32,000 bases of DNA from Methanosphaera stadtmanae DSM 3091. Its GTDB lineage: Archaea; Methanobacteriota; Methanobacteria; Methanobacteriales; Methanobacteriaceae. The stretch lies in assembly GCF_000012545.1 (NCBI RefSeq), contig NC_007681.1:330001-362000 (forward strand), read 5' to 3'. The notes beneath the pieces were generated by a model, which did no database searches, was not told the DNA's origin, and was given only the letters and a program-made list of their open reading frames with translations. Shown here piece by piece: positions 20,157 to 28,968 of this stretch (the first letter of the stretch is position 1; every line of letters begins with the position of its first letter). The position numbers and the translations under genes are program-made.

Positions 20157-21002
20157 GATTTCTTTTATTTCTTCTGTCATTTTACAGGCATTACATGGAC
20201 TTTTTGCTGTTACCTGGCCACAAATATCACATCTTTCTAAATGAACCTCTTTTTGTGGAATTTTAAATGTTTTCTTAAAAGAATTAAATATATTCTGTTT
20301 TACTCCATAATTTTCCTCTAATTTATTTAAAAATAATTTCACATCACTTCTAAGAGAAGTTACAGAATATGGACATTCCTCATCATGAATAGGAATGTTA
20401 TTTACAATACACCATATACCAACATCCTTTTCAGGTAATTGCCATAATGGCTTTATTCTTGGAACCATATGTTTATCTATTCTATTGAGTATTGGTCCAA
20501 ATTTTGGAAACTTATTTTGATCATTTCTTGCAAATGTCATGAGAAATGATTGTATTTCATCGTCCATATTATGTCCAGTTGCAATTTTATCACACTTATG
20601 TGAATCTGAAACCTTATTTAACAAGTATCTTCTATAGACTCCACAGGGCATACAAGTACTTTTATAGAGGTTATGAATATCATCTAAGTTATAATTCCAT
20701 TCATCCTTAAATGAAGCTATTGTAAGGGGTATGTCTAAATTTTTACAATTCTCTTTTGCAGATTCAATTCCATGTTCTCTATATCCACAAATACCTTCAT
20801 CAATACACACAGCTTCTAATTCAAAGTCAATACCAGACTCTTGTCTATATTGGTATAACATGTGTAGTGTTAAAATACTGTCTTTTCCACCAGAAACACC
20901 AATCATAATTTTTTCATTCTTATTAATTAATTTATAATCGTTTAATGTTTCAAAAACATTTTTTTTAACATAACTGTTGAATTTATCTTGTTCTATCTTC
21001 AT
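20151..21002 (-). CDS. PP-loop ATPase of the TtcA/TtuA/Ncs6 family (tRNA thiolation)
   Basis: PP-loop IGVSGGKDS, central CMPCGVYRR, ATGHNMDDE, and a C-terminal zinc finger CDICGQ..CNAC. Confidence 0.75.
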   Translation of the reverse strand: MKIEQDKFNSYVKKNVFETLNDYKLINKNEKIMIGVSGGKDSILTLHMLYQYRQESGIDFELEAVCIDEGICGYREHGIESAKENCKNLDIPLTIASFKDEWNYNLDDIHNLYKSTCMPCGVYRRYLLNKVSDSHKCDKIATGHNMDDEIQSFLMTFARNDQNKFPKFGPILNRIDKHMVPRIKPLWQLPEKDVGIWCIVNNIPIHDEECPYSVTSLRSDVKLFLNKLEENYGVKQNIFNSFKKTFKIPQKEVHLERCDICGQVTAKSPCNACKMTEEIKEIL

Positions 21003-21064
21003 GGTAAAATCATATTCCGTAAATCAATAAAAAAAAGTAAATTAAAAAGGGGGGTTGATGATTT

Positions 21065-22159
21065 TTATTGTAATAATTCTTCTGAACCTTTTTTAATTGT
21101 ATCAATAATAGTATCAAGTTCTTCTGTTGTTAATGAAGGATGTACTGGTATTGATATTACTTGACTTGCTGCTTCTTCAGCTAAAGGACAGTTTCCTGTA
21201 ATTGACAGTGCTTGATAGTATGGTTGTTTATATAATACAATAGGATAATGTATACCTGTACCTATTTGATTGTCTGTTAGGAATTTTTGGAATGTATCCC
21301 TATCTTTAGATACTCTTATTGTGTATTGATGGAATACATGTGTTACATTATCAGCTACTACAGGTGTAGTTATACCTTCAACATCAGCAAGACCTTCTGA
21401 TAAATATTTAGCATTTTCATTTCTAATTTTATTAAATTCATCTATATGTTTAAGTTGAACAAGTCCAATACTTGCTGCAATATCTGTCATTCTATAGTTG
21501 TATCCAAGTAATGATTGTTCATATCTTTTACTTTCTCCATGTGCACGTACCATACCTGCTTTTTCTGCATATTCTTCATCATTAGTAGTAACCATTCCAC
21601 CTTCACCAGTGGTCATGTTTTTTGTTGGATAGAAACTGAAACATCCAAAATCACCAATACTTCCTATTTTTTTGCCTTTATATACAGCACCATGAGCTTG
21701 AGCAGCATCTTCAATAACTTTTAAGTTATATTTTTGTGCAATTTCAAGTATACCATCCATGTCTGCTGGTTGTCCATAAAGATGTACAGGAACAATAGCT
21801 TTTGTTTTATCAGTTATTTGTTCTTCTATTTTAGCTGGATCTAAGTTAAATGTTTTCGCATCAATATCTGCATAAACAGGTTTTGCTTGTGTATATAATA
21901 TGGAGTTAGATGTAGCTGCAAATGTAAATGGTGTTGTAATTACTTCATCACCAGGTTTTATTCCAGCTGCAACTAATGCTGTGTGAAGTGCAGTTGTTCC
22001 AGAACTTGTTGCAATTCCATATTTAGCTTCTACATATTTGGCAAATTTATTCTGGAATTCATCTACTTTTGGTCCTTGTGCTAACATTCCAGATTTTAAT
22101 ACTTCTGTCACTGCTTCTATTTCTTCATCACTTATAATTGGTTTTGCAATATTTATCAT
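21065..22159 (-). CDS. DegT/DnrJ/EryC1/StrS-family PLP-dependent sugar aminotransferase
   Basis: [13 protein letters not shown].., DAAQAHGA.., [16 protein letters not shown] (PLP lysine motif), HYP. Length is 364 aa. Confidence 0.85.
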   Translation of the reverse strand: MINIAKPIISDEEIEAVTEVLKSGMLAQGPKVDEFQNKFAKYVEAKYGIATSSGTTALHTALVAAGIKPGDEVITTPFTFAATSNSILYTQAKPVYADIDAKTFNLDPAKIEEQITDKTKAIVPVHLYGQPADMDGILEIAQKYNLKVIEDAAQAHGAVYKGKKIGSIGDFGCFSFYPTKNMTTGEGGMVTTNDEEYAEKAGMVRAHGESKRYEQSLLGYNYRMTDIAASIGLVQLKHIDEFNKIRNENAKYLSEGLADVEGITTPVVADNVTHVFHQYTIRVSKDRDTFQKFLTDNQIGTGIHYPIVLYKQPYYQALSITGNCPLAEEAASQVISIPVHPSLTTEELDTIIDTIKKGSEELLQ

Positions 22160-22445
22160 TAAAACATCCCTTATATATTATTTTATGATTGAATTTTATT
22201 AATAATAAAAAATAATTCTTTTTTTTATAAGATTCTAAATCAAACATATCTTTGATATAATATTTTCTTATGTATTATTATTTTTAATTTAATCTATAAT
22301 AATATTTTTATTTCTATGATTAGATTTTTTATTTAATATTGATTAATTACCTAATTTTTTTTATACTCTTAATTTAATAAATAAAATAATAGAGATTTAT
22401 AGAAAATATCTTTTTTTATAATAAATAATTATTAGGATGTAGATT

Positions 22446-23618
22446 ATGGATACACATATTATTGAAGAAGGATTAGTTAAAATAGAAGTACCTGATTTTG
22501 AAAAAGTATCTGCAAAAGCACCTGTTTTTTATAATCCAGTAATGGAAATGAATAGGGATATTTCTGTTGCAGTCATTAACCAGTATAGAAAAGAAGTAGA
22601 TCATGATATTAGTATATGTGATGCTTTTGGTGGAACAGGTATTAGGGGAGCAAGATATTCTAAGGAAATACATGGTGTGGAAAAAGTTGTTGTAGGTGAT
22701 GTAAATCCATTAGCTGTTGAGATTTCTAAGAAAAATATGCAATTAAACAACATATCTAATGTTGAAGTTCAAAAAAATGATGCAAACATTTTATTACAAT
22801 CAAATAAGGGATTGTTCGATGTTGTGGATATAGATCCCTTTGGAACACCTGCAATGTTTACACAATCAACTGCAGCTAATATACGACCTGGTGGGTTAAT
22901 TTGTATTAGTGCTACTGATACATCAGCTTTATGTGGAACATACCATGATCCCTGTTTGAGAAAGTATGGTGCTAAACCTCTAAAAACAGAGTACTGTCAT
23001 GAAAATGGTATTAGAATTTTAATAGCATTCATTTCAAGAAACTTAGCAGTTAACCAGAAATATTTACACGTACTATTTTCACATAGTACAGAACATTACA
23101 TGAGAGTATATGCTATTGTAAAACGTGGAGGTAAAAAAACTAACAAGGCATTGGATAATATTGGTTTTATTGCACATTGTCCTAACTGTTTACATAGAGA
23201 AACTACGTATGGTTTTGCTCCTAAGATACCTCATACTTGTCCAGAATGTGGTGGGGAATATGATGTTGCAGGACCATTATGGTTAGGTAAAATATGGGAT
23301 AAGGAATTTATTTATAATACTATGGAACTAGTAAAAAACTTGAATTTAAATAAAAAAGATGATCTTATGTCCTTGTTTGAAAAGTGTTATATGGAAGCTG
23401 ATGGTCCTGTAACTTTCTATGATATTCATAAGATTTGTAAGAAATTAAAAATCAGTTCTCCTAAAATAAATGATGTTATGGATGAAATTAGAAATAGAGG
23501 CTATTTTATTTCAAGGACTCATTTCAAGTTAACTGGTATGAGAACAGACATGCCACTTGATGAACTTAAACAATTAATTTTAGATATAAAAGAAGATAAA
23601 CTTGGACCTGAAAAATAG
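22446..23618 (+). CDS. trm1: tRNA (guanine26-N2)-dimethyltransferase (Trm1)
   Basis: EGLVKIEVP...FYNPVMEMNRDISV, DAFGGTGIRGARY, DIDPFGTP, and a Cys4 insert CPNC...CPEC. Confidence 0.9.
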   Translation: MDTHIIEEGLVKIEVPDFEKVSAKAPVFYNPVMEMNRDISVAVINQYRKEVDHDISICDAFGGTGIRGARYSKEIHGVEKVVVGDVNPLAVEISKKNMQLNNISNVEVQKNDANILLQSNKGLFDVVDIDPFGTPAMFTQSTAANIRPGGLICISATDTSALCGTYHDPCLRKYGAKPLKTEYCHENGIRILIAFISRNLAVNQKYLHVLFSHSTEHYMRVYAIVKRGGKKTNKALDNIGFIAHCPNCLHRETTYGFAPKIPHTCPECGGEYDVAGPLWLGKIWDKEFIYNTMELVKNLNLNKKDDLMSLFEKCYMEADGPVTFYDIHKICKKLKISSPKINDVMDEIRNRGYFISRTHFKLTGMRTDMPLDELKQLILDIKEDKLGPEK

Positions 23619-23637
23619 GGAAAATTTTTTCCTTAAC

Positions 23638-23646
23638 TTTTTTTTT
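23638..23646 (+). terminator. Oligo-T tract (T9) after trm1, preceded by the GGAAAA/TTTTCC palindrome
   Basis: The T9 run starts 20 nt after the stop. The short palindrome GGAAAATTTTTTCC lies directly upstream. Confidence 0.5.
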
Positions 23647-23831
23647 AATTTTTATGAGAGTATACAACATTCTTTTTCAATATTTTAACATGATTTTATT
23701 GTTATTATGTGTATAATTAGTAAGTATTTGATGATTTTTCTATAATGTAACTAATAAAATATAAGTAATAGGGCAAAATAATTGTTGCACACTATTATAC
23801 AAAAAAAGAAATTTTAATAGTAGAAATTCTA

Positions 23832-24536
23832 CTATTCATAATTTAACATATTATGTGTGTAATAATATTGTAATTCTGATGCATGTTGTATTTCATATGA
23901 TCTATATGGATTGTTGAAATATGGGAATAATGATCCTGTTAGTGCATGCATAACTCCTCCAACATGTCCAAATTGTTTACAGCATACCTGATAATATAAT
24001 GGGAATCCACATCCTGGATTTACAAATATACTTCCTTGACGGACAGTTCCATGCCATACTGTAGGTATAGGTCCTTCTTGGCCATGTTCTTTAGCCATTT
24101 CCATTACTCTTGCCCATGCATCTTCATAGTTATCAAAGATTTGACCATCTACTTTATAGTTCCATTTATCATCAGGAACACCATTAATTCCATAGTCAAG
24201 TACTTGATTCCAGTTAATATCTACCTGTGCTCCAGCCGTATCCATAAATGCCATTTCAATAATGTAAACTTCACCATTCATGAAGTTTCTATAGTTGGAA
24301 CTTCCAGCATAATGTAAAACTATAGCACATTTAGAGTTTCGTTCCTCTGCATATTGTGCTAGGAGGTTTGCATGCACATGTTCTGGATACATGTCTGGAT
24401 TTGCAATTTTAACGAATGCAAGTCTACCTAAAGGTTCAATATCACCTGTTGATTGTTCAGTTGAAACATATACAAAACCAATAAGTAGGAAAATGATAAT
24501 AATAAATCCTATGTACCATTTCATTAATTTCACCAT
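23832..24536 (-). CDS. Hypothetical N-terminally membrane-anchored or secreted protein (234 aa)
   Basis: The N-terminal hydrophobic helix is WYIGFIIIIFLLIGFVYV. The remainder is rich in Y/W/H/G with a CGF...VCC cysteine cluster. The gene stands alone on the opposite strand from both neighbours. No family was recognised. Confidence 0.6.
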   Translation of the reverse strand: MVKLMKWYIGFIIIIFLLIGFVYVSTEQSTGDIEPLGRLAFVKIANPDMYPEHVHANLLAQYAEERNSKCAIVLHYAGSSNYRNFMNGEVYIIEMAFMDTAGAQVDINWNQVLDYGINGVPDDKWNYKVDGQIFDNYEDAWARVMEMAKEHGQEGPIPTVWHGTVRQGSIFVNPGCGFPLYYQVCCKQFGHVGGVMHALTGSLFPYFNNPYRSYEIQHASELQYYYTHNMLNYE

Positions 24537-24955
24537 TTTTTTATTAGACTTGTTTAATTATCTATTTTTATAAATATTTATTATAATTTATATTTTTTTT
24601 TTAAACTTTATAATAATATGGACTATTTTAGTAATATTTCTTTGAGTTATTGATTATGTAAATCAATTATGTGAATATTAGGAGTTTTTTATAAATTAAA
24701 TATATAATAATACTCTGATAATATTGTATTTATTTTACTATATTTTTAAACAAATCTTTTATTTATATTTCATATGTTGTAAATAATTGATTTTTTTCAA
24801 GATTTTAAATGTGTTTATTCAAAAACTATATAAAGGTTTGGTAATATAAAGTTGTATAATAATACCAAATAAAATATAAAAATGTATTAATAAGAAATAT
24901 TTTTATTTCATTTATATATGGATTAATTAATATTACTTATAGTTGGGGTGATTAT

Positions 24956-25465
24956 ATGGATGAAATGTACACTGAATTTGATGCTGAACCAGAAAATATG
25001 ATATTATCTATGGATGATTTAGATAAAAATATTCTAGAGTTATTAAGTGATGATGGTCGTAAATCATACAGAAAAATTTCCAGAGAATTAGGTGTTTCAG
25101 TAGGAACAGTACATAATCGTGTTGATAAATTAACAAAATCTGGTATAATAGATAAATTTGTTCCAGTTATAGATCATGAAAAACTTGGATATACATTAAC
25201 AGCAATTATAGGTTTAGAAATAAAGGGTGGAACAGTAGCTTTCTTAACTGATAAAAAAGAATTTAAAGATAATTTGTTAGCAGTATATGATGTTACAGGA
25301 CAATTTGATGGTATTATAATTGCTAAATTTAAAAATACTTTTGAATTAAATAAATTCATCAAATTATTACTTAATGAGGAAAATGTAATTAAAACATATA
25401 CTCAAACTGTTTTAAACATAGTAAAAGAAGAATTAAATACTTCTATGATTAATTTTGAAGGATAA
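24956..25465 (+). CDS. Lrp/AsnC-family transcriptional regulator
   Basis: LDKNILELLSDDGRKSYRKISRELGVSVGTVHNRVDKL (HTH) is followed by an RAM/ACT-like C-terminal domain. A GGGGTGA RBS is present. Confidence 0.85.
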   Translation: MDEMYTEFDAEPENMILSMDDLDKNILELLSDDGRKSYRKISRELGVSVGTVHNRVDKLTKSGIIDKFVPVIDHEKLGYTLTAIIGLEIKGGTVAFLTDKKEFKDNLLAVYDVTGQFDGIIIAKFKNTFELNKFIKLLLNEENVIKTYTQTVLNIVKEELNTSMINFEG

Positions 25466-25679
25466 TTATTTTTTTAATAATAGAAAAAATATTTTTTACT
25501 TTTTTCTATTAATTTATTTTATATTTTTTAATTATAAAAATTCATATTTTCTTATAATACATATTTTTTCACAGGATTATAATTAGTATTATAATGATAT
25601 TTTAAGAAGATTACATGAAAAAAGTATATTTTACATTTTTAATAAAAACTATTAATAGAAACAGAGGGAGTTATAAATA

Positions 25680-26621
25680 ATGACAGTTTCAGAATTTCCA
25701 GATACTCAGGATAAACAACCATCCATTCCAATATCACTAACAAGAGTTGGAGTAACAGGTGTAAAGAAATTAATAAAAATAAAAAGAGAAGATAAACGTC
25801 CTATTATTCTAATACCAACATTTGATGCTTTTGTAGATTTACCTAGTACTCAGAAAGGAGTACACATGTCTAGAAATCCAGAAGCTATATCTGAAATTGT
25901 TGATGAGGCTGCAAATCAATCGGAAATTCATCTTGAAAATATATGTGCAAATCTTGTAAAAAGATTACTTGAAAAACATGAATATGCATTACATGCAGAA
26001 ACAGAGGCAAGGGGAGAATATATTATAAATAAATTATCTCCAGTATCTAAAAGAAAAACACAGGAAACAACACATATCATAGCAAGAGCAATTGCTATGA
26101 AAGATGATGAGGGTAATATTTCTGTTAGAAAAATGATTGGTGCAGAAGTTATTGGAATGACTGTATGTCCATGTGCACAAGAATCTGTTGAAAAGGATTC
26201 TAAAGATAAATTACTGGAATTTTTAGATGAAGAAACTACACAAAAAGTGTTGGATGTAGTAACATTTGCTTCTCATAATCAAAGGGGTGTTGGGACAATA
26301 CTTCTTGAAGTACCAGAAAAACAAGATGTTAATGTGGATGATTTAATAAAAATAATACAGGATGCTATGAGTTCTCCTGTTTGTGAAATATTAAAACGTC
26401 CAGATGAAAATAGAATTGTAACAAATGCACATCAAAATCCAGTATTTGTTGAGGATTGTGTAAGAAACATGGTAATAGGATTACTTGAAAAATATCCTAA
26501 TTTACCTGATGATTCTGTAGTTACAATTAAACAAGTAAATCAAGAAAGTATTCATCAACATAATGCTTATGCTGAAAAAGTTGCATCTTTTGGTAAATTA
26601 CGAGAAGAAAATAAGGAGTAG
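25680..26621 (+). CDS. mptA: GTP cyclohydrolase MptA (archaeal FolE2 / type IB-IV family), methanopterin biosynthesis
   Basis: QKGVHMSRN, GMTVCPCAQE, SHNQRG and VEDCVRN motifs. Length is 313 aa. Confidence 0.8.
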   Translation: MTVSEFPDTQDKQPSIPISLTRVGVTGVKKLIKIKREDKRPIILIPTFDAFVDLPSTQKGVHMSRNPEAISEIVDEAANQSEIHLENICANLVKRLLEKHEYALHAETEARGEYIINKLSPVSKRKTQETTHIIARAIAMKDDEGNISVRKMIGAEVIGMTVCPCAQESVEKDSKDKLLEFLDEETTQKVLDVVTFASHNQRGVGTILLEVPEKQDVNVDDLIKIIQDAMSSPVCEILKRPDENRIVTNAHQNPVFVEDCVRNMVIGLLEKYPNLPDDSVVTIKQVNQESIHQHNAYAEKVASFGKLREENKE

Positions 26622-26626
26622 ATAAT

Positions 26627-27076
26627 ATGGAAGTAATGGAAGTATCACGTAAAATTATGGATTATCTTGATGCATTTAAAGGTTCAAAACCTGTTGTTCA
26701 TAATTCAGAAGCAATGATTATACGTGGAAAATCAGCAACTAAATTAAAACCTGAGGAAATTGTACCTAAATTAGAAGAATTATTTAAAGAATTAAATATT
26801 GAAAAAATTGAAATTAATTCTGAAAGGGCTCGTATTTTAACAAATCAAGTTGATCAAACATTTAGAAATACTACAGAAGTTTTTGATGAATCTAATGGTA
26901 TTGCAGGTATTGAAAAATTAAAACATACTTTTGAAATCACTGGATTTGAAGCTGATTATCTAGTTGGACAGTTGGAAGATATGGCAATCTATGTTGTCAT
27001 GTGGTTAGATAAGTCTGGTTTTGGACCAATGTTTGTTGAAGCTATGGTTGTAAAATTACATTCATTAGATGAATAG
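26627..27076 (+). CDS. Hypothetical protein (149 aa) translationally coupled to mptA
   Basis: AAGGAG lies inside the mptA 3' end and the ATG is 5 nt after the mptA stop. The protein is acidic and soluble-looking, with no Cys or His motifs. No family was recognised. Confidence 0.55.
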   Translation: MEVMEVSRKIMDYLDAFKGSKPVVHNSEAMIIRGKSATKLKPEEIVPKLEELFKELNIEKIEINSERARILTNQVDQTFRNTTEVFDESNGIAGIEKLKHTFEITGFEADYLVGQLEDMAIYVVMWLDKSGFGPMFVEAMVVKLHSLDE

Positions 27077-27114
27077 TTTTCATCTTTCCTATTTTTTTTA
27101 TTCTATTTTTCGAG

Positions 27115-28218
27115 GTGATATTTTTGAATCAATTATCAAAACAAGAAGCTAGAAATATTTTAGATTATGATATATTTGATATACTTAACATAATAAAAAA
27201 AATCAATATAAATAAGACAAATAAGAATATTACATATTCTAGAAATATTTTTCTACCTCTAACACACATCTGTCAAAATAATTGTGGATACTGTACATTT
27301 AAACAAACACCACAAGAAGCAGATTTTTTATTAATGGATAAAGTGGAGGTACTTTCAACAATTAAAAAATCTATGAAATATGGTTGTACAGAAGCATTAT
27401 TCACATTTGGGGAATCAGCAGATAAAAATGAATTAATTCAAGAAAAACTATCACGATATAATTATGAATCAATGGTAGATTACCTATATGATTTATCAAA
27501 AGAGGCTCTAAATAACTATAATATTCTACCACACACAAATATGGGCATAATATCAAGGGATGAGTTATATAAATTATCACAAGTAAATGCATCAATGGGG
27601 CTGATGCTTGAAACAACAAATGAAAAACTATTAAAAACAATAGTACATAGGGACAGTCCAGGTAAAAATCCAAAGAAAAGAATAGAATTCATTGAAAATG
27701 CTGGAAAAGAAAACATTCCATTTACAACAGGATTACTAATAGGTATAGGTGAATCAAAAAATGATAGAATAGATTCTCTTCTTAAAATAAGAGAAATACA
27801 AGATCAATATGGACATATTCAGGAAATAATACTTCAAAACTTCAAACCAAAAAGTGGAATACCTATGGAAAATCATCCAGAACCACCACTTGTTGATTTA
27901 ATTAAATTAACATTAGTTGCAACTTTGATGTTTCCAGATATTAGTATTCAAATACCACCAAATCTAAATCAGAAATTAATATCATTGTTTGCATTTATGG
28001 GAGCCGATGATGTTGGGGGAATATCACCTCTAACAATGGATTATGTTAATCCAGAGAGTAAATGGCCAAAAATTAAAGAATTAGAATATGAACTAAATTC
28101 AATAAATTATAATTTAGTGGAAAGATTACCAGTATATGATAAGTACATTGATGAAACTTATTTAAAAAAAGAAGTTTATGAAAAAGCATTGAAACTTCAA
28201 AAAAGAATTAAAAATTAA
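27115..28218 (+). CDS. cofG: 7,8-didemethyl-8-hydroxy-5-deazariboflavin (FO) synthase subunit CofG (radical SAM)
   Basis: ITYSRNIFLPLTHICQNNCGYCTFK (CX3CX2C in the CofG-type context). Length is about 365 aa. There is no ATG near the 5' end. GAGGTGA at 27112-27118 suggests a TTG start at 27124 rather than the tracked GTG at 27115. Confidence 0.75.
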   Translation: MIFLNQLSKQEARNILDYDIFDILNIIKKININKTNKNITYSRNIFLPLTHICQNNCGYCTFKQTPQEADFLLMDKVEVLSTIKKSMKYGCTEALFTFGESADKNELIQEKLSRYNYESMVDYLYDLSKEALNNYNILPHTNMGIISRDELYKLSQVNASMGLMLETTNEKLLKTIVHRDSPGKNPKKRIEFIENAGKENIPFTTGLLIGIGESKNDRIDSLLKIREIQDQYGHIQEIILQNFKPKSGIPMENHPEPPLVDLIKLTLVATLMFPDISIQIPPNLNQKLISLFAFMGADDVGGISPLTMDYVNPESKWPKIKELEYELNSINYNLVERLPVYDKYIDETYLKKEVYEKALKLQKRIKN

Positions 28219-28946
28219 AGTACTCTAATATCAACAACTGTATGATGAACTCCTGGTGAATATTTTTTAATACTACGTTTGTTTAGAACTTCAATATCAC
28301 GTCCCTGCTTTTTAGCAGCGAGTTTCACTCTTTCAACTGGTCGTTTAAATAGAATAGGTTCAGGTGTAGATTCATGATAATGAATTATACCACCATTTTT
28401 AAGATAAGTTATTGCACTATCAAGATAATGATGTGTAGTACCAATATATCCCATCATGATTCTATCAGCAACATGATCAAATTCTTGGTTATTACAATCA
28501 CCAAGAATAGGTTCTACAATATCTTCAACCTTATTTAACTTGATATTCTCACATAATAGATTATAAGAATTGGGATTAATTTCCACTGCATATATTTTTT
28601 TTGGATTAGAATGTAGAGCCATTGGAATTGTAAAGTATCCAATTCCTGCAAACATATCAATAATAGTTTCATTATCCTCTGGTAATTTACTCATCCTAAG
28701 TCTTTCACCAGTATTTCCCTTAGACCACATTACCTTTGCAACATCAATTGCATATTTACAATAATTTTCCTTATGAATAGTTCTAGTACCTTCACCATAT
28801 ATCATTTCAATTTCAGGTTCCCTTTTTTGTCCATGTATATGTCCAATTTTAATAATTCTATTGATATATGGAAGTTTTACTATTTCATCAATATCTTCTG
28901 GTACTTTCTTAACAACTAATATGTCTCCAATTAATTTCCCTTTCAT
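28215..28946 (-). CDS. Met-10+/Trm5/TYW2-family AdoMet-dependent transferase, short Taw2-like form
   Basis: GHIHGQKREPEIEMIYG, DVAKVMWSKGNTGER, DMFAGIGYFTIPMA, EINPNSYNLLCENIKLNKV, ADRIMMGY, IIHYHE, YSPGVHHTVVDIRV. It lacks the N-terminal D1 domain of full-length Trm5. Confidence 0.7.
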   Translation of the reverse strand: MKGKLIGDILVVKKVPEDIDEIVKLPYINRIIKIGHIHGQKREPEIEMIYGEGTRTIHKENYCKYAIDVAKVMWSKGNTGERLRMSKLPEDNETIIDMFAGIGYFTIPMALHSNPKKIYAVEINPNSYNLLCENIKLNKVEDIVEPILGDCNNQEFDHVADRIMMGYIGTTHHYLDSAITYLKNGGIIHYHESTPEPILFKRPVERVKLAAKKQGRDIEVLNKRSIKKYSPGVHHTVVDIRVL

Positions 28947-28968
28947 TATTATCCCATTCTATTTTTTA

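Noticed and set aside
23832-24536. Elevated G+C of the orphan exported-protein gene as evidence of horizontal transfer
   Set aside because: A hand count of a conserved core gene (mcrC, 30541-30640) gives 48 G+C per 100 nt. Elevated G+C in coding DNA here therefore reflects amino-acid composition and is not diagnostic of foreign origin.
25481-25508. Hairpin TAGAAAAAA-N10-TTTTTTCTA after the lrp gene as a bacterial-type intrinsic terminator
   Set aside because: The stem is pure A/T and thermodynamically weak. The adjacent oligo-T runs alone explain archaeal termination, so it does not merit a separate feature.
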